In this document: positions 1 through 14,279 of the stretch, piece after piece
Layout of the letters: each line of letters begins with the position of its first letter
How positions within the stretch are numbered: position 1 is the first letter of the stretch
Assembly (NCBI RefSeq): GCF_006345805.1
Contig: NC_043015.1
Location: 32,426,001-32,490,000 of the forward strand
Origin: Octopus sinensis
Taxonomy: Eukaryota
Length of the DNA stretch: 64,000 nucleotides
Reading direction: 5' to 3'
The notes under the pieces: model-generated
The model's input: the letters and a program-made list of their open reading frames with translations, nothing else
Database searches by the model: none
Told to the model about the DNA's origin: nothing
Position numbers and translations under genes: made by a program

Positions 1-114
1 CATACATACATACATACATACATACATACATACATACATACACACATTAATACATACATATATACATACACACATACACACATACACACATTCATACATA
101 CATACATACATACA

Positions 115-148
<34 letters not shown>

Positions 149-265
149 CATACATACATATATACATACATACTACATACATACATACATACACACATTA
201 ATACATACATATATACATACACACATACACACATACACACATTCATACATACATACATACATACA

Positions 266-299
<34 letters not shown>

Positions 300-458
300 C
301 ATACATACATATATACATACATACATACATACATACACACATTCATACATACATACATACATACACACATTCATACATACATACATACATACATACACAC
401 ATACACACATTCATACATACATACATACATACATACATACATAATACGTACATACATA
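1..458. repeat. (CATA)n microsatellite with CA interruptions
   Basis: Directly visible tetranucleotide array; it explains the spurious MYVC-type ORF at 173-370. Confidence 0.97.
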
Positions 459-2350
459 TATTTATTGTGATTTAGTGATAGCAAAATCTTTTGTCAGGAC
501 TCAATACATATACTTGAGAATACAGCGTTATACTAGTACAAAGAATAAGATTAATTATTAAATGACAAGTAAGCAGGATTTACGTCATCAACTACATTAG
601 CTGCTGCAATTAATGCTGTAAGAAGCAACACATTTATTTAAATGCATTCTGAAAGAAACATAAACTTCGCTTTAATGGCTCCGAGGAAGCTACAAGATGT
701 TACACAAATTCTCATCTCTGATTGTACTGCTTCTTATAGTAGAAACGGCTGTAAGGCAACGGGGATGATTACGTAATTTCTGTTCCCTTGACACTGAATC
801 ATAAATTTTCGAAGGAATAGCTTTAGTCACACGTTGAATACTACCCCGAGTTCTAGTAGCTGGTGTTATTTTGTTGTTGTTTTCGTAACATTTAGCAGGA
901 GCACTAAGGAAAAACATTGTGGCGATTTGCTACTGACATGAAGGCGGTAAGATTGACCCTTGACCAATTCCTCAAATTTGTTGTTAGAGTGTGGGCGCAA
1001 GCTCTTGAAAAAGGGGAACGAAGGCAATTGGAAAGTAAGGGGAATAGGGAGATGCTGCCCTCCAATAAATTTATTGAATAATGCGTGAATATGGTGAGGA
1101 TGGCCAGAGTGAGGGATCCTACTCTAATCAAGTACTTGCAGAAAAGAACAGATGGAAGAAGGACACCTACTAGTGGTGCCCTTGGCGGTTGGGATGACCC
1201 TGAATCTATGGACTTCCCTATTTACCCTGGGGTGGTTCTCCACCGACTGGGAAATTTTGTTATGTTCTTGTTTAATAGCTATTGTTTTTGTTTACCCGTG
1301 TTTATATAAACATCCGTTGCAAGAAATAGCAGCTATATTCAATTTAGATTTAAATCTGCCAATTCAAACAAAGGAGGATACACTGGATATGTTTTAGTAA
1401 CTCTTAAAAAGGATCTTCACTGTTGAAGTTCAAAATAAGGAAATGTCAAAAATATTTTCCCCCCATTCAACATACCACAACCATTTTCTTTCGACTACTT
1501 GCTGCTGATATATACACTCACTACTTTATACGAGAACAGATTTACTTATTAGCGTGGACAGGGATAAAATCAGTGGCGTCGATCCGAGGAAATGACTTGT
1601 GCATATTTTAACGACACTGGGAGAAGGTACAGTAAAATCACCATTTTGATGTAAGAATTTAAAGAGACATTATTCGGTATTGTAAAATACTTTTTCTGCC
1701 CATCTTTCAGCTCTGCCATCCACCATCACAGTATAAAAATATAAAGGAACGTAATTCAGCACTTAGTTATTATCTCTGCGTCTCTAATGACTGGAACATT
1801 TACGTCTACCGTGTGATGAAATAGAGAAGTATTAGTCAACGACTGCGCCATCCATTGCCCTTCCGTTGTCTTATAGTGAAGTTAATGCGAGCACTTTGCT
1901 ACTAATTTATGAAGTCTTAAAAAAAAATTTATTTCAATGTTGGCAGTAGCTTTGATTTCAGCTTTTCTCTGAATAGGATCTACTTCGATCGTGGATAAAA
2001 TGTGTCACAGGCCTTATTGGATGACGGTGCAGTTGGCTGCAGTAATGTTGAAAAATTGTAGTCTGGATGTGATTTTGGTCAGTCTTAAATAAATAGCAAT
2101 TCCTCACAGAAAATTGTTGGAGAATAATGTGATCTGTTCTGTAAAGGAAACTCTTTATTGGTTTCTGATTGCTGCTGTTGTTTTATTCCATGTCTCAGAA
2201 CTGATTAAAACAAATGACCAAAAATTTTCTAACCATGGCATTTTGTGTATATGTGTGTGTGTGAATGTGTACATAAAAATACATACATACTTATATATAT
2301 ATTATATATACATATATATGTGTATATATTTAAGTATATATGTATATATT

Positions 2351-2407
<57 letters not shown>

Positions 2408-3233
2408 ATATCACTTTCTGTATCTCTCTCTATTTGCATACACACACACTACACACACACACTAACACACACATATATATATATACAGAGAGACAGCGAG
2501 ATAGAGAAATAGAGCGAAACAGAGAGACAAAGAGATTATCTCGGATTATATTTTCAAAATGTCATTTCTTGTTTCTTCTAAAAAAACACACAAAAAAAAC
2601 AAAAGACAATAATGTAACTTTAAAGAAAATTGACTGCCATCTCTAGCTTGTCGAATGACCATTTAGAGACTCCCACTTTGTGCCATTATTCATGGCATAG
2701 TAGTCTAATTCTTTATTCATACGAATAATTATATTGTACCAAATAATATTCTATATCATATATATTAGCTACCTAGATCCTGGGTCTTAGAGAGAGTCTT
2801 AAATGATATTAAGTTAATCCAATTATCTTTGCCAGACAGATTAACATTTGTTATATTGATCGGTTTATTCTTATTTCCATCATCTATAGATGTCTTGAGA
2901 TTCAATTATTGGCCTGTTCCACAAAGTTCCGTGAGGGATGTAAAAATGGCGCAAAGTTGCTCTCACAAAAATGAATCTCAGCCTAGCCTGACATTCTCAA
3001 GATCAAAAAATATATATATAATCGTTTTTCATTTGAGCTTATGAGCAAGAGACAAAAACCATTAACCACATAAAGAGCAATGTAGAAATTGGTGATTTGG
3101 TTAGTGTGGAAAAGTTAAATTTTTCGGACAAAAACAGGCTTTAGTAGAGTTGTAAACGACTCGTAAGAATGGAAATGAAGTAAATAGTTTCAAAGCGGTA
3201 GCCAGAATGTAGATAAAAACTATCGCATTGAAG

Positions 3234-3322
<89 letters not shown>

Positions 3323-3325
<3 letters not shown>

Positions 3326-4127
3326 ACTATATTTCGGAATGGTCATTTTGCCAGTTTAGCCAATAAAAACACATGCATTATATATTTGGTATTACTTTGC
3401 TTCAGTGTTATTTATTTTTTACATTAATCTTAATCTTATTTCGGCCAGAGTTCTTTCGTCACACTCCTGTGACCGCATCAGTGGTCCTTTGTTTTCTTCT
3501 TACTTATTTGTGTCTCTCCTTACTAACCGTCAGCCATTTTATATTTCTATTGTATGTCTTCTTTTGCGCATGCTTATATCTCTATGTGCGTCTATGTTTA
3601 TTTAGTGTGTGTGTGGGGGGATGCCTGTAATATTTGTATCTTCTGCTTATATACGTTCATGTAATTTGTTTTTGTTGTTGTTGTTTTTGTTTATTGTTAT
3701 CTGTTTACTGACTCCCTGTCCAAGGATTCTGTTGCATTAATGGCCTTTCTAGGGTTATCTTCTTCATTATCGTTCAACTTTATGTATATAAGTAGAGGTG
3801 TGGATTGTGAGAGGTGGGTTTTATAGGAGGTAAAATGAGGTATGAGTTATTAAGAATAGGTGACTGATAGGAGGAAAGGCTTGCTGTGTAATGCAGCATG
3901 AATATTTAGAAATCAAACCCGGATTACGATATCCGTTTCAAAGAAATAACTCATGAAGGTGACCGCGATTCGCTAGACTATTATCTACGTCATCAAAAGA
4001 AATTTGACCATTCAAGACTTTACGAGGAACCGGATCTGGCAGCAATATCACCTTTAGTGTGCTTTCTGAGCCAAACCAATACTATATCTTGAGCGCATTT
4101 CTTCATCTTTCGTTTTCTGTAAATTTG

Positions 4128-4130
<3 letters not shown>
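3323..4130 (-). mobile_element. Putative Penelope-like 3' fragment or non-autonomous element embedded in (TA)n
   Basis: Unique-looking ~0.8 kb block between (TA)n tracts at ~3237-3322 and ~4130-4186, with a hammerhead-like motif ~120 nt from its minus-strand 3' end. No recognisable intact ORF. Confidence 0.4.
3443..3487 (-). ncRNA. Degenerate type I hammerhead ribozyme-like motif
   Basis: Minus strand reads GGACCA-CUGAUGCG-GUCACA(GGAG)UGUGAC-GAAA-G-AA-CUC-UGGCC. Helix II is a perfect 6 bp, followed by GAAA, a 2-bp helix III and a CUC triplet. Helix I is GG(A)CCA/UGGCC. The core has C instead of the conserved A9. Confidence 0.5.
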
Positions 4131-4189
<59 letters not shown>

Positions 4190-5936
4190 GCATACGTACA
4201 TGCATACGTGTGTGTATGTATGCATGTTTGTGTGCGCACGTGCGTGTGTCTTGACAGTCAGTGTTGGTACGGTTACGCCCCCGTGTCATAGCTGTAAAAC
4301 AAGAGAGACGATAGAATATGTAAAAGATTTAAAAAGTAAATATAGGTACTGGAGTCGATTTGTTCGACCAAAACCCTTCAATATGGTACTCCAGCATGGT
4401 CGCAGTCAACAAGAGAAAAAGGTAGAACAATTAAAAGATGAAAAGACATTGGATAGCAACATTCTCTTGTTTTTTTTTTAGTTAACTAAGCCTCAGAAGG
4501 AAAAAAAATGCAAACAATATTTTGTCAAAGAACACAGAAAAATGCTATTTAGTAAATTATGAACGCTCAACGATTGGAAAACATAGAGAAAATTTGAATA
4601 CGATCATATTAGCAGTTTTACGAGTTACACTTAATTCGTGTTACTGTAGCGTAAAGAACGCGTTTACGACACAAGTTTATCTATGCTAACTTTTCTACAA
4701 CACTTTTGTGATGATTTGGGGCAGTTAGAATTAAATGCTTTGTCCTGAAACCCGATGTAAAGTCTTGCAAAAATACGATCGCGTCACAAGTCTATAAGCC
4801 AGTTAGTTTACCGAATAAACTCAGCCGGCGAAGTAATATATGAAACCGTTTCTACTTTGATTTAAGAGAGAATCTCATTTGTTTTATAGCAGTTTTATAG
4901 CATTTATAACAGCGGAGAGACAGAATGGAAGAGAAAAAAAATTGGAGAAGAGAAAGGAAAAGAAAACACGACTGAACGAAAAGAAGAATAATAAACGTAG
5001 AACTAAAAGACGGAAAGGAAAAGTAAAAGAGATCTCATTTTAAATTTATTGTCAAGTGAAGCGTTATATGAGGAAATTTATGCAAACACTTCGGCTAGTT
5101 ACATACAGCAGGGACTTAATGTTGAGAAGAGATCTTCACCAAATATAACGATTTTTTTTCTGAAGTTGTCAAAAATGTCATATAATATTTGGAAAAATAT
5201 TTGTCTGGTTTAATATTAAAATTCCATTAGACGTCAGATTTTTCAGTGGAAATCACACGAAAACGACGCGAAAAGAATTACGGTCTTTCGTGAAACGAAT
5301 ACGATACTTCAACAAGACTAGCTGACGCCAGTGAGAGATGTGCCAACGTCTGTCAGAAACAGACGTGGAGATGGAGGTAGTGATGGTCACAAAAAGAACG
5401 AACGAGCAAAATGAAAGAGCATGTAGTTCTCAATGGACATGCTACAAATAGCAGCTAATAGCCCCTCAAACACATACTCCACTGTCTTAATAAGAAAAAG
5501 GGAACATAAGATATTGCAGTTCTACATATCAATAAAAATGACAGGATTGTTACCAACAGGTTGTTAAATAGCTCTATTCAACTGCAGATGACCTGTGTTA
5601 AAGAACACCAGTGATCCTGATCTTTATTTTAAGAACATTAGGCGGATCTATGATGAAGAAGGCTGTGATTTGAAACTAGAATCGAAAAACACAATGTATT
5701 TGAATGCACAGCTATTTGTGGTACTTTACAATTTCTCCATCAAATAATCAGCTATGATTTGTCGAACAAATTCACCCCAACATTTATTTTCATATAAGTC
5801 TGTTAATTAGCCTATCGGTCTTTTTTACTGAATGCCTAAGTTACATGAATGTAGACTGGTCAGCATCAAATGTTGACTGATAGGGGAACACACACAGCTA
5901 TCTATCTATCTATGTATCTATGTACCTATCTATCTA

Positions 5937-6058
5937 CGACGGGTTTCCATACAGTTTCCATCTATCAATTTCGTCCTGAATACACCTTCTCAAGGTGTCA
6001 CGCAGTGGGACTGAACAAGAATCCACATGATTCCAAGTCGAGCTTTTGACCACACAAC
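5937..6058 (-). mobile_element. Degenerate SINE family A fragment
   Basis: caaggtgtcacgcagtgggactgaac matches the family A head/body seen at 11611-11955 and 25070-25487. Confidence 0.65.
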
Positions 6059-6297
6059 TTTCTAAGTCAGACACAATAAAGTCGCTCATTGAGAGAGCCG
6101 TTAAAGGTTCTTCAAATTTCTTGTACGAATATGTTCCGCTCCTTGCGTTTTAAGTTCAAATTCCGCAGTGACCGTTTTTGCCGTTCACACCTCCGGGGAC
6201 AATAAAATATAAGTAAGAATGTTCAAGTCGATTTCTTTCAGAATTGGTGAGAAGATCGTGAGAAGATCACGCAAAACGTGTCTTCTCAAAGAAATAT

Positions 6298-6506
6298 GTA
6301 TTTCTTTATTGCCCACAGGGGACTAAACATAGAGGGTACAAACAAGGACAGAGAAGGGGATTAAGTCGTTTATATCGACCCAGTGATTTACAGGTACTTA
6401 TTTAATCGACCCCGAAAGGATGAAAGGTAAAGTCGACCTCAGCGGAATTTGAACTCGGAACGTAACGGCAGACGAAGCACCGCTAGGCATTTCGCCCGGC
6501 GTGCTA
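6298..6506 (-). mobile_element. SINE family B copy, 5'-truncated, with 15-bp target-site duplication
   Basis: Contains gaccccgaaaggatgaaagg..aagtcgacctc..gcggaatttgaactc. Flanked by the direct repeat ttctcaaagaaatat at 6283-6297 and 6507-6521. Confidence 0.9.
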
Positions 6507-7139
6507 TTCTCAAAGAAATATTGTTGGCTTGAAGTAAGGACTAGCAACTTCATTTAATCTAACATTCTGCAGAAAACGTCTCTGTACTGCAGAGAAGAAT
6601 TCAAACAAAGCTGGATATAATACCACAAATGTAATAGCGAGGCAACGTACAAATAAATTCAAACGTGATTTCAATAGTACGTTTTATCTGGTTTGTATCG
6701 TAAGCCTGAACGCAAAAAGACTGAAGCTTAAAAAAACGAAAACTTGGAAAGTTTGAAATAGAGGAAAATATGTAAATCTGTTTAAAAACATGTATTCACA
6801 AATTTAAAAGTGAGTTTATTCGAAAAACATATGGTAGCATTTACTTTTTTTTATCATGGTACATCGGAATAACTATTTTAGGGAAAAACGGTAGTTTTAG
6901 AATGGAATTTATTTGAGAAACAAAACATATTAGCTCTTTTTATTAAGCTACGTCAAAGTAACTATTTCAAGGGAGAATAAAACGGAAAAATGGTCTTAAA
7001 AGCATTTATTTATAGTTTGAAAATGGATTTTGTTTTTAGAGGCATATTATAATATTTCTTTTTGTTTTTTGTTTCTTAAATGTCAAAATAGCGAAGGTAT
7101 GCGAGATGCTGCGAGTATATTTATTTACAATATTACTGT

Positions 7140-7580
7140 TTTGAATCTTGGTACACGGCCAGCAATTTTAGGGGTTGGAGAGTTTGTTGAATTCGATTAT
7201 ATCGATCCATTACTTGACTGGTACATTATCGACTTTCGAAAGGATGAACGGCAAAGTGGATATCGACGGATTTTGAATTCAGGACATAAAGTAACAGAGA
7301 AGATACCGCTAAACGTTTTAACCAGCACGCTAACGATTCAACCGGCCCACTGTTCTTAAATATAATTGTTTCATATTTTGGCACATCGCCAGCAATTTCG
7401 AGGGAAAGGGTAAGTCGATTACATCCACCCCAGTGTTTAACTGGTACTTATTTTGTTGAACCGAAAGAATTAAAAACAAAGTCGATTGCGGTTGAACTCA
7501 GAGTGTAAAGACGAAAGAAATGCCGCCGCTAAGAATTTTGTCCGATATGCTAACGATTCAGCCAGCCCGCAGCCTTACTG
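7140..7580 (-). mobile_element. Two adjacent older SINE family B copies (about 7140-7350 and 7375-7580)
   Basis: Both show the family B core (tcgat..c, ggtact, gaaagga/gaa..aaagtcga) and head (gctaacgattc..ccagc) with the alternative tail ..ttttggcac..ccagcaatt. Confidence 0.75.
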
Positions 7581-7689
7581 TTCTTCAATATAATAACAAT
7601 AACAACGTATTGTATGATTTGCTATCGATAAACAAAATATTTGGTGATATGGAAAACATAGTTCCTTATAATGATTAATTAAGGTGGTG

Positions 7690-8205
7690 AGCTGGCAGAA
7701 TCGTTAGCACGCCGGGCGAAATGCTTAGCGGTATTTTGTTTGCGGAAAAAGGCGGCGAGCTGGCAGAATCGTTAGCACGCCGGGAAAAATGCGTAGCCGT
7801 ATTTCGTCTGCCGTTACGTTCTGAGTTCAAATTCCGCCGAGGTCGACTTTGCCTTTCATCCTTTCGGGGTCGATAAATTAAGTACCAGTTATGCACTGGG
7901 GTCGATGTAATTGACTTAATACCTATGTCTGTCCTTGTTTGTCCCCTCTATGTTTAGCCCCTTGTGGGTAATAAAGAAATAGGTATTTTGTTTGCGGCTA
8001 CGTTCCGAGTTCAAATTCCGTCTAGGTCGACTTTGCCTTTCATCCTTTCGGGGTCGATTAAATAAGTACCAGTTACGCACTGGGGTCGATATTATCGACT
8101 TAATCCGTTTGTCTGTCCTTCTTTGTCCTCTCTGTGTTTAGCCCCTTGTGGGTAGTAAAGAAATAGGTATTTCGTCTGCCGTTACGTTCTGAGTTCAAAT
8201 TCACA
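7690..8205 (+). mobile_element. SINE family B head-to-tail array: duplicated head plus 184-bp units
   Basis: A-box-like gagctggcagaatcgttagc occurs twice. Units run tatttcgtctgccgttacgttctgagttcaaattcc..gtagtaaagaaatagg, with gaaatagg recurring at 7976 and 8160 (period 184). Confidence 0.9.
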
Positions 8206-8881
8206 TTTTAATAGAACCATGAAAGCAACATGCAAAGTCGATCTCAGTTGGAATTAATACGCTCCAGATTATTTTTTCCATCCTGTTAATCACCATTTTC
8301 TTTTGTTAAATAACGGTGTTCTATTTAGTCACAAAATGACATCTATTACTAAGGAGGTGAATACGGATTTTGAAAATACACAGTTCTTGACAGGTACTAT
8401 ATTTTATCGATCGCACCAATTCTCCAAAACAATCTCAGTTATTTTCATTAAAAAAATACAAACTGAAAATTCCTCGAAGTTGAGGAAACTCTCCAAAAGA
8501 ATTATAAAGATTCTTTATGTAGAGGTACAAACGATATCTGTCTAGTTATATATGTCAAATTATTTACCAGTCACATCACCTCAACACCTTTAATAAAGCA
8601 GAATAATATTTCAAAGAAAAACTTTGATTTAGTTGACAGGCATTTAATGGTTCTCCATGTTTCGCATTTGAAAATTACGGCAGATATGCACATATATACA
8701 GAAACACATGCATACACACACACACACACACACACACGCTGACACATATTAACATATACATACGCTCGCATTCACAAAACCAATCATATCAAAACAAGCT
8801 CTCACACATATACATACAAACACACTTGTAAATACACATCACAACTACATACAAACATATATATATGTTATATATATATAA

Positions 8882-8922
<41 letters not shown>

Positions 8923-8971
8923 TACATATATATATATATATATATATGTCTATATATATGTATATATATCA

Positions 8972-9042
<71 letters not shown>

Positions 9043-10249
9043 AAACACAGCCACATACAAGCGTACACAAGCATGAACATACGCACGCACTCTAAAAGAC
9101 ACAAACACACACTCCACTTATATACACGTAAAACAAGTACACACAGAGAAACACATACCTCTCCATATGTATATATACGTATGTGTGTATGTGTATGTGT
9201 TTATTTATATGTATATATATACAGAGAGAGAGAGAGAGAGAGAACCACATGCAAGCACACGCAGGCATAATCTCATACACGCAGCGCAAGACCTGTTTGC
9301 AGACATACTCACGTATATATATTCGCATTCACATAGTAATACACTAAGCAACACCATTAAATGCCGAATTCATCTGAGATATACAACGTGTATAAGAACT
9401 TAACATATTCTATAGAAGAGAACAGTGGGTATTCGAGAGATAATCTGCAAGTAGTAGCATTAGTGGTGGTAGTATTAGTATTAGTAGTAGTAGTAGTCAC
9501 ATGACCTGTCAATGACAGCCAATTTCATTAAGAGTTGAACCGGCATTATGAACTCATAACACTTATAACTTCTCCAAATATAAACACAGAAATTGACTAA
9601 GCTAGCAGGCACTACATCAATTCCTATACTTTTAGCTTTTATTATCTTGTTAATGAATACTTGACAAGTTACCATATTGATAAAGAAAAAAGAAAATATA
9701 GTAGTAGGATAATTTTCTGAAGAATGAAAAGACAAAAACAACGAAGAAAAATACCCCGTTTAAATGAGCGACATTCAGTAAGAAATGAATGGCAGTCGAA
9801 CGAAGCTTGCGTTTCGGTTTCAATTTCCGATTGAAGAAGATTTTTCTTGCGAGAAATACGACCGTCGCAGAATATATTTCTCAGATTTGTAAAAATAGGT
9901 AAATGCCACAGAGAAGTTTTTATTGTTGTTTTGCTCCTGATCAGCCCTTATCAAGGTGACCTCTTTTATTAAAGGCGTTCTAAATCATGGTCGTTCCTTT
10001 TTAATGTAATCTCAACAGAAATTGTAGGTAGCACCGACTTGTTACGACGTTTCGTTTCCAAAATACGTCTAAGATAAACAATGCAATCGAATCGAAGATG
10101 GAGAAATAAGTAATGAGCATATTTCAGGAGTTCTTGCTCCTAATTCATCACCACATGTAACCCATTAACCGCCTACGAACGCATTGCTTAAATAACTACT
10201 ATGTATATCACTGTGATACTATTAGATATATCGATTTTACATATTGATT

Positions 10250-10445
10250 TCAAATTTTGGCACAAGGTCAACGATTTGGGGGGGATTACATAGGCCCCCA
10301 GTATTCAATTGGTAGTTATTTTTTAGACCCCGAAAGGAGGAAAGACAAAGTTGACTTCGGTGTAATTTTAACGCAGAAAATAAAGAAGGACGAAATACCG
10401 CTAGGCATGTCGCTTAGGCGATTCTGCCAGCTCCAATTTTACATA
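10250..10445 (-). mobile_element. SINE family B copy
   Basis: aaattttggcacaagg..ccccagt..ggtagttatt..gaccccgaaaggaggaaagacaaagttgacttcgg..gacgaaataccgctaggcat. Confidence 0.8.
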
Positions 10446-10828
10446 TTAAACGCATTCCTGGCAGCTGGTACGTAAATAATACAGACTCGAGGGACACCGT
10501 ATTTCGTTTGCAACTATAATTTACTGCAAATTATAACAAACGATTTTACAAGTTAATTCTGTGTCCTACTGTAGAGGTAACCTTGAAAGTGTTTTAATAA
10601 CCCTGTTAACACGGTAGGCATTGACTTACAATGCGTTTAATACACCTTGTAGTATATTATGGTTACATAACGAAATACAGTGTTCCTACATCGTTTATTC
10701 CGAACAAACGATGTAGTTTGAGGGAGAAATGTCACCTATTTCTTGCAGGTAGGTTGACCATATGTAGGCTCCTTCATTCACTTTCTATTGCAGCTGTTTT
10801 CGTTCTTGATCTGTGATAAGCTGTTGGA

Positions 10829-10873
<45 letters not shown>

Positions 10874-11610
10874 ATCAGAGTCATTACGTATACGAAGGCT
10901 GTGTAACTCGCTTTGCATCTACCATTGGAATAACTACCAACTCGCTTTGAAACACCAATGGAATAATACCAGATTTATACAAATATGTATTGAACTTGAC
11001 TTATCTGACAAAAAACTTTTAGGTGTACCTCAGCAAAAACTTTTAGGTGTACACCATTCACAACCTCATGATTACGAGCCACGAATCTCTAACCACAAAG
11101 CTACACCTGTTAGACAGATACATAGATAAAGAGGAATTTCAACGTAATTATTGTAGTAGTTGTTACATAAATATTAGATTAATACATTGATGTTGTAACA
11201 GCACACTTACGACCGCTAGCGCTGCTACTGCTAACACTTAATTATTTTCAAGAACAGTTTGCTAATTTAGATGTGTTTCTCCTTCAGCTGTTATATCTGA
11301 CAATTTAATATCTCAGATTTTTCACCTCTACAAATCATCTACTATTTTGATATATTAGGTTTTGTAAAGATTGTGCTTCTTCAAAGGTAAACGATTGAAC
11401 CGGGGGGCGACTCGAAGTTGACGCGGTTCAAATGAATTATTCGACAGACGTTTCAGTGAGAAATTACGTAATGGGATTTAAGATGATCTCTGGACAGCTG
11501 TAGATGTTGTTGTTTGGCACCAATAGATTAAACGTGAGCCATAAAACTAATGGTCAACAAACTTCTCGCAATGGCCATCTCGTCCTTTTACAAGCACGTA
11601 TAACTATATA

Positions 11611-11955
11611 CTCTTTTACTCTTTTACTTGTTTCAGTCATTTGACTGCGGCCATGCTGGAGTACCACCTTTTTAATCGAGCAACTCGACCCTGGGATTTA
11701 TTCTTTTGTAAGCCCAGTACTTATTCTATCGGTCTCTTTTGCCGAACCGCTAAGTAACGGGTACATAAACACACCAGCATCGGTTGTCAAGCAATGCTAG
11801 GGGGACAAACACAGACACACAAACACACACACGCATATTGGTCAACCCGCGGCTATAGTAGAAGACACTTGCCCAAAGTGCCACGCAGTGGGACTGAACC
11901 CGGAACCATGTGGGTGGTAAACAAGCTACTTACCACACAGCCACTCCTGCGCCTA
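11611..11955 (-). mobile_element. SINE family A (tRNA-derived head, CR1-like tail), internally deleted
   Basis: Minus-strand head taggcgcaggagtggctgtgtggtaag (A box) ..ccgggttcagtccc (B box). Tail ..ccagcatggccgcagtcaaatgactgaaacaagtaaaagagtaaaagag. Confidence 0.9.
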
Positions 11956-13166
11956 TATAGTATAAAGTCTCCTTCCAAAACAGTATGCTGCAGTTTGAGT
12001 GAAATCTATCTATTTCTCATACGTTGAATGACTATGGGTTTTGTCTCTGGATTGTGTTTTATAAAACGTAGAAAGCTACAAATCGGCAGAGTCGTTGGAG
12101 CATCATATAAAAAAGATTGTGATATTACAGGGTCAGCTTTGGCTTTCATTGTTTCAGAGCCGATTATTTGGTACCAGTTCTGTGTTGTGGGTCAAATACT
12201 TCCTCTCTCTATCTCCATTCCCCCCTCTTTCTTTCTCTCTATATTTGTAATTCATAAGCTCAGCCTTGCCATATTGTAATGTGCTGATTAGGCCTGAGAA
12301 TTACATTAAGGGTACACGTGTTTGTGGGATATACAACCACTTACAATCGAGTGATTAGTTTTAGTAGATCGATCGCCTGAATGCCCTTCGTCGAAACACC
12401 TTGTGAGTGGAATTTGGTTGATAGAAACTGTAGGAAGCCCTCACGTATATGTGTGCCCGTATCTGCGTGTATGTTTATCGGTCGAAGAACCAATGTTGTG
12501 TCAAAAAGAAAATGCAGCCAATGAACAAATAGGAAAGAATAAAATAAGTACCAGGGTAATATAAATTCTAGGTTTTATTGGACCAACAAAAAGAAAAGAA
12601 AATTATGAAGCCACGTGATGTTAGCCAGCACTAAGTGACTTGGTACTGAAGAAAGCGTAGTGCTTGAGACCAGATTCGAAAAGATGTCACCTTTTATCCC
12701 CTACTCTGAGAATCAAGTAATGCCATTTTCGACATCAGGGTTAAATTTTGGTTATCGATTTAACTACTTCAAAGAATTTTGTAGTGGGATTCTTTTTCAG
12801 TGCTATCTCTGAAAGTACGCTGAGTTTATGATCACAATTTCTTTTGGTACAAAACCGTTAAATTTGTAACTTAAAAATAAAGCGGAAAAAGAACAAAACA
12901 CATATGTTTGAAAAGCTATTTTTAACTTCGAAAGTTTTGAGAGATTTAGGAAGGAAACCAACTTTAACGAAGTAACCCCTACTTGGTGTTAATTCGCGAT
13001 GGCTACCGAAGGAAAATTTTGTAAAAAGTGAAAAAAATTTCAATTTATTGTCGAAACTGGATTACAGATAGTATAACTTGTTTCCTTACTAGCATTTCTA
13101 AACATTACCAAGGGCTAACGAGAGAACTTCCGCACCGTACTTCGACCTAACTATAGATATTGGATT

Positions 13167-13550
13167 GGAAGCACTCCGTCGGTTACGACGACGAGGGTTC
13201 CGGTTGATTCGAATCAACGGAACAGCCTGCTCGTGAAATTAACGTGTAAGTGGCTGAGCACTCCACAGACACGTGTACCCTTAACGTAGTTCTCGAGGAT
13301 ATTCAGCGTGACACAGAGAGTAACAAGGCCAGCCCTTTGAAATACAGGTACAACAGAAACAGGAAGTAAGAGTGAGAGAAAGTTGTGGTGAAAGAGTACA
13401 GCAGGGATCACCACCATCCCCTGCCGGAACCTCGTGGAGCTTTAGGTGTTTTCGCTCAATAAACACTCACAACGCCCGGTCTGGGAATCGAAACCGCGAT
13501 TCTATGACCGCGAGTCCGCTGTCCTAACCACTGGGCCATTGCGCCTCCAC
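13167..13550 (-). mobile_element. SINE with family D head and family C tail
   Basis: Head gtggaggcgcaatggcccagtggttagg..gtttcgattccc. The tail is shared with 20057-20384 and 33786-34110 (ctacgttaagggtacacgtgtctgtggagtgctcagccactt..ctcgtcgtcgtaaccgacggagtgc). ctatagat occurs on both flanks. Confidence 0.88.
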
Positions 13551-13999
13551 GCTATAGATGTTATAAATGGACGGAATGATCATGGCTGGAATGTTGTTCT
13601 GTTCAGTCAGGCTTACTTAGGGTTAAACACCACCATCATCAACAACAACAAGAAAATTAAAAATTACACTAGAGTTACAAATGAAGCCGTCCAAATCCTC
13701 TTCGCACATGAAGGCATTAAAACTACTCTCTTCTCAATATTCATAATATGGCACATCAGATTTAATCCATCAATTTAAATTGCCTTCAGCTGAGAGGGAA
13801 TTAAATTCGGTCTTTAATAATTAACGGGATATTTTGGCGTCGGATTTGTGTCTGAAAGATTAACCATTAACGAAAAATACTTATATACACACACACATAT
13901 GCAAATACATACGTATATGGATGTGTGTTTGTATGTGTATGCGTATTTAGGTAGCTATTTCGCTCTCATCTCTCACTTTCCCACTCCTCTCCCTCAGTT

Positions 14000-14037
14000 T
14001 CTCTCTCTATCTCTATCTATATCTATCTATCTTTCTT

Positions 14038-14114
<77 letters not shown>

Positions 14115-14206
14115 TATTATTCTATGTTTGACTTTTGTTTTACATTTGCACAAGCTGGCTCCAAGTCTCACCCAGAGACCTCAAGAGACAACACGTTGGA
14201 AGTTCA

Positions 14207-14279
<73 letters not shown>
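14000..14279. repeat. (TCTA)n about 14000-14112 and (ATT)n about 14209-14279
   Basis: Directly visible; source of the poly-I, poly-L and poly-N pseudo-ORFs. Confidence 0.95.
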
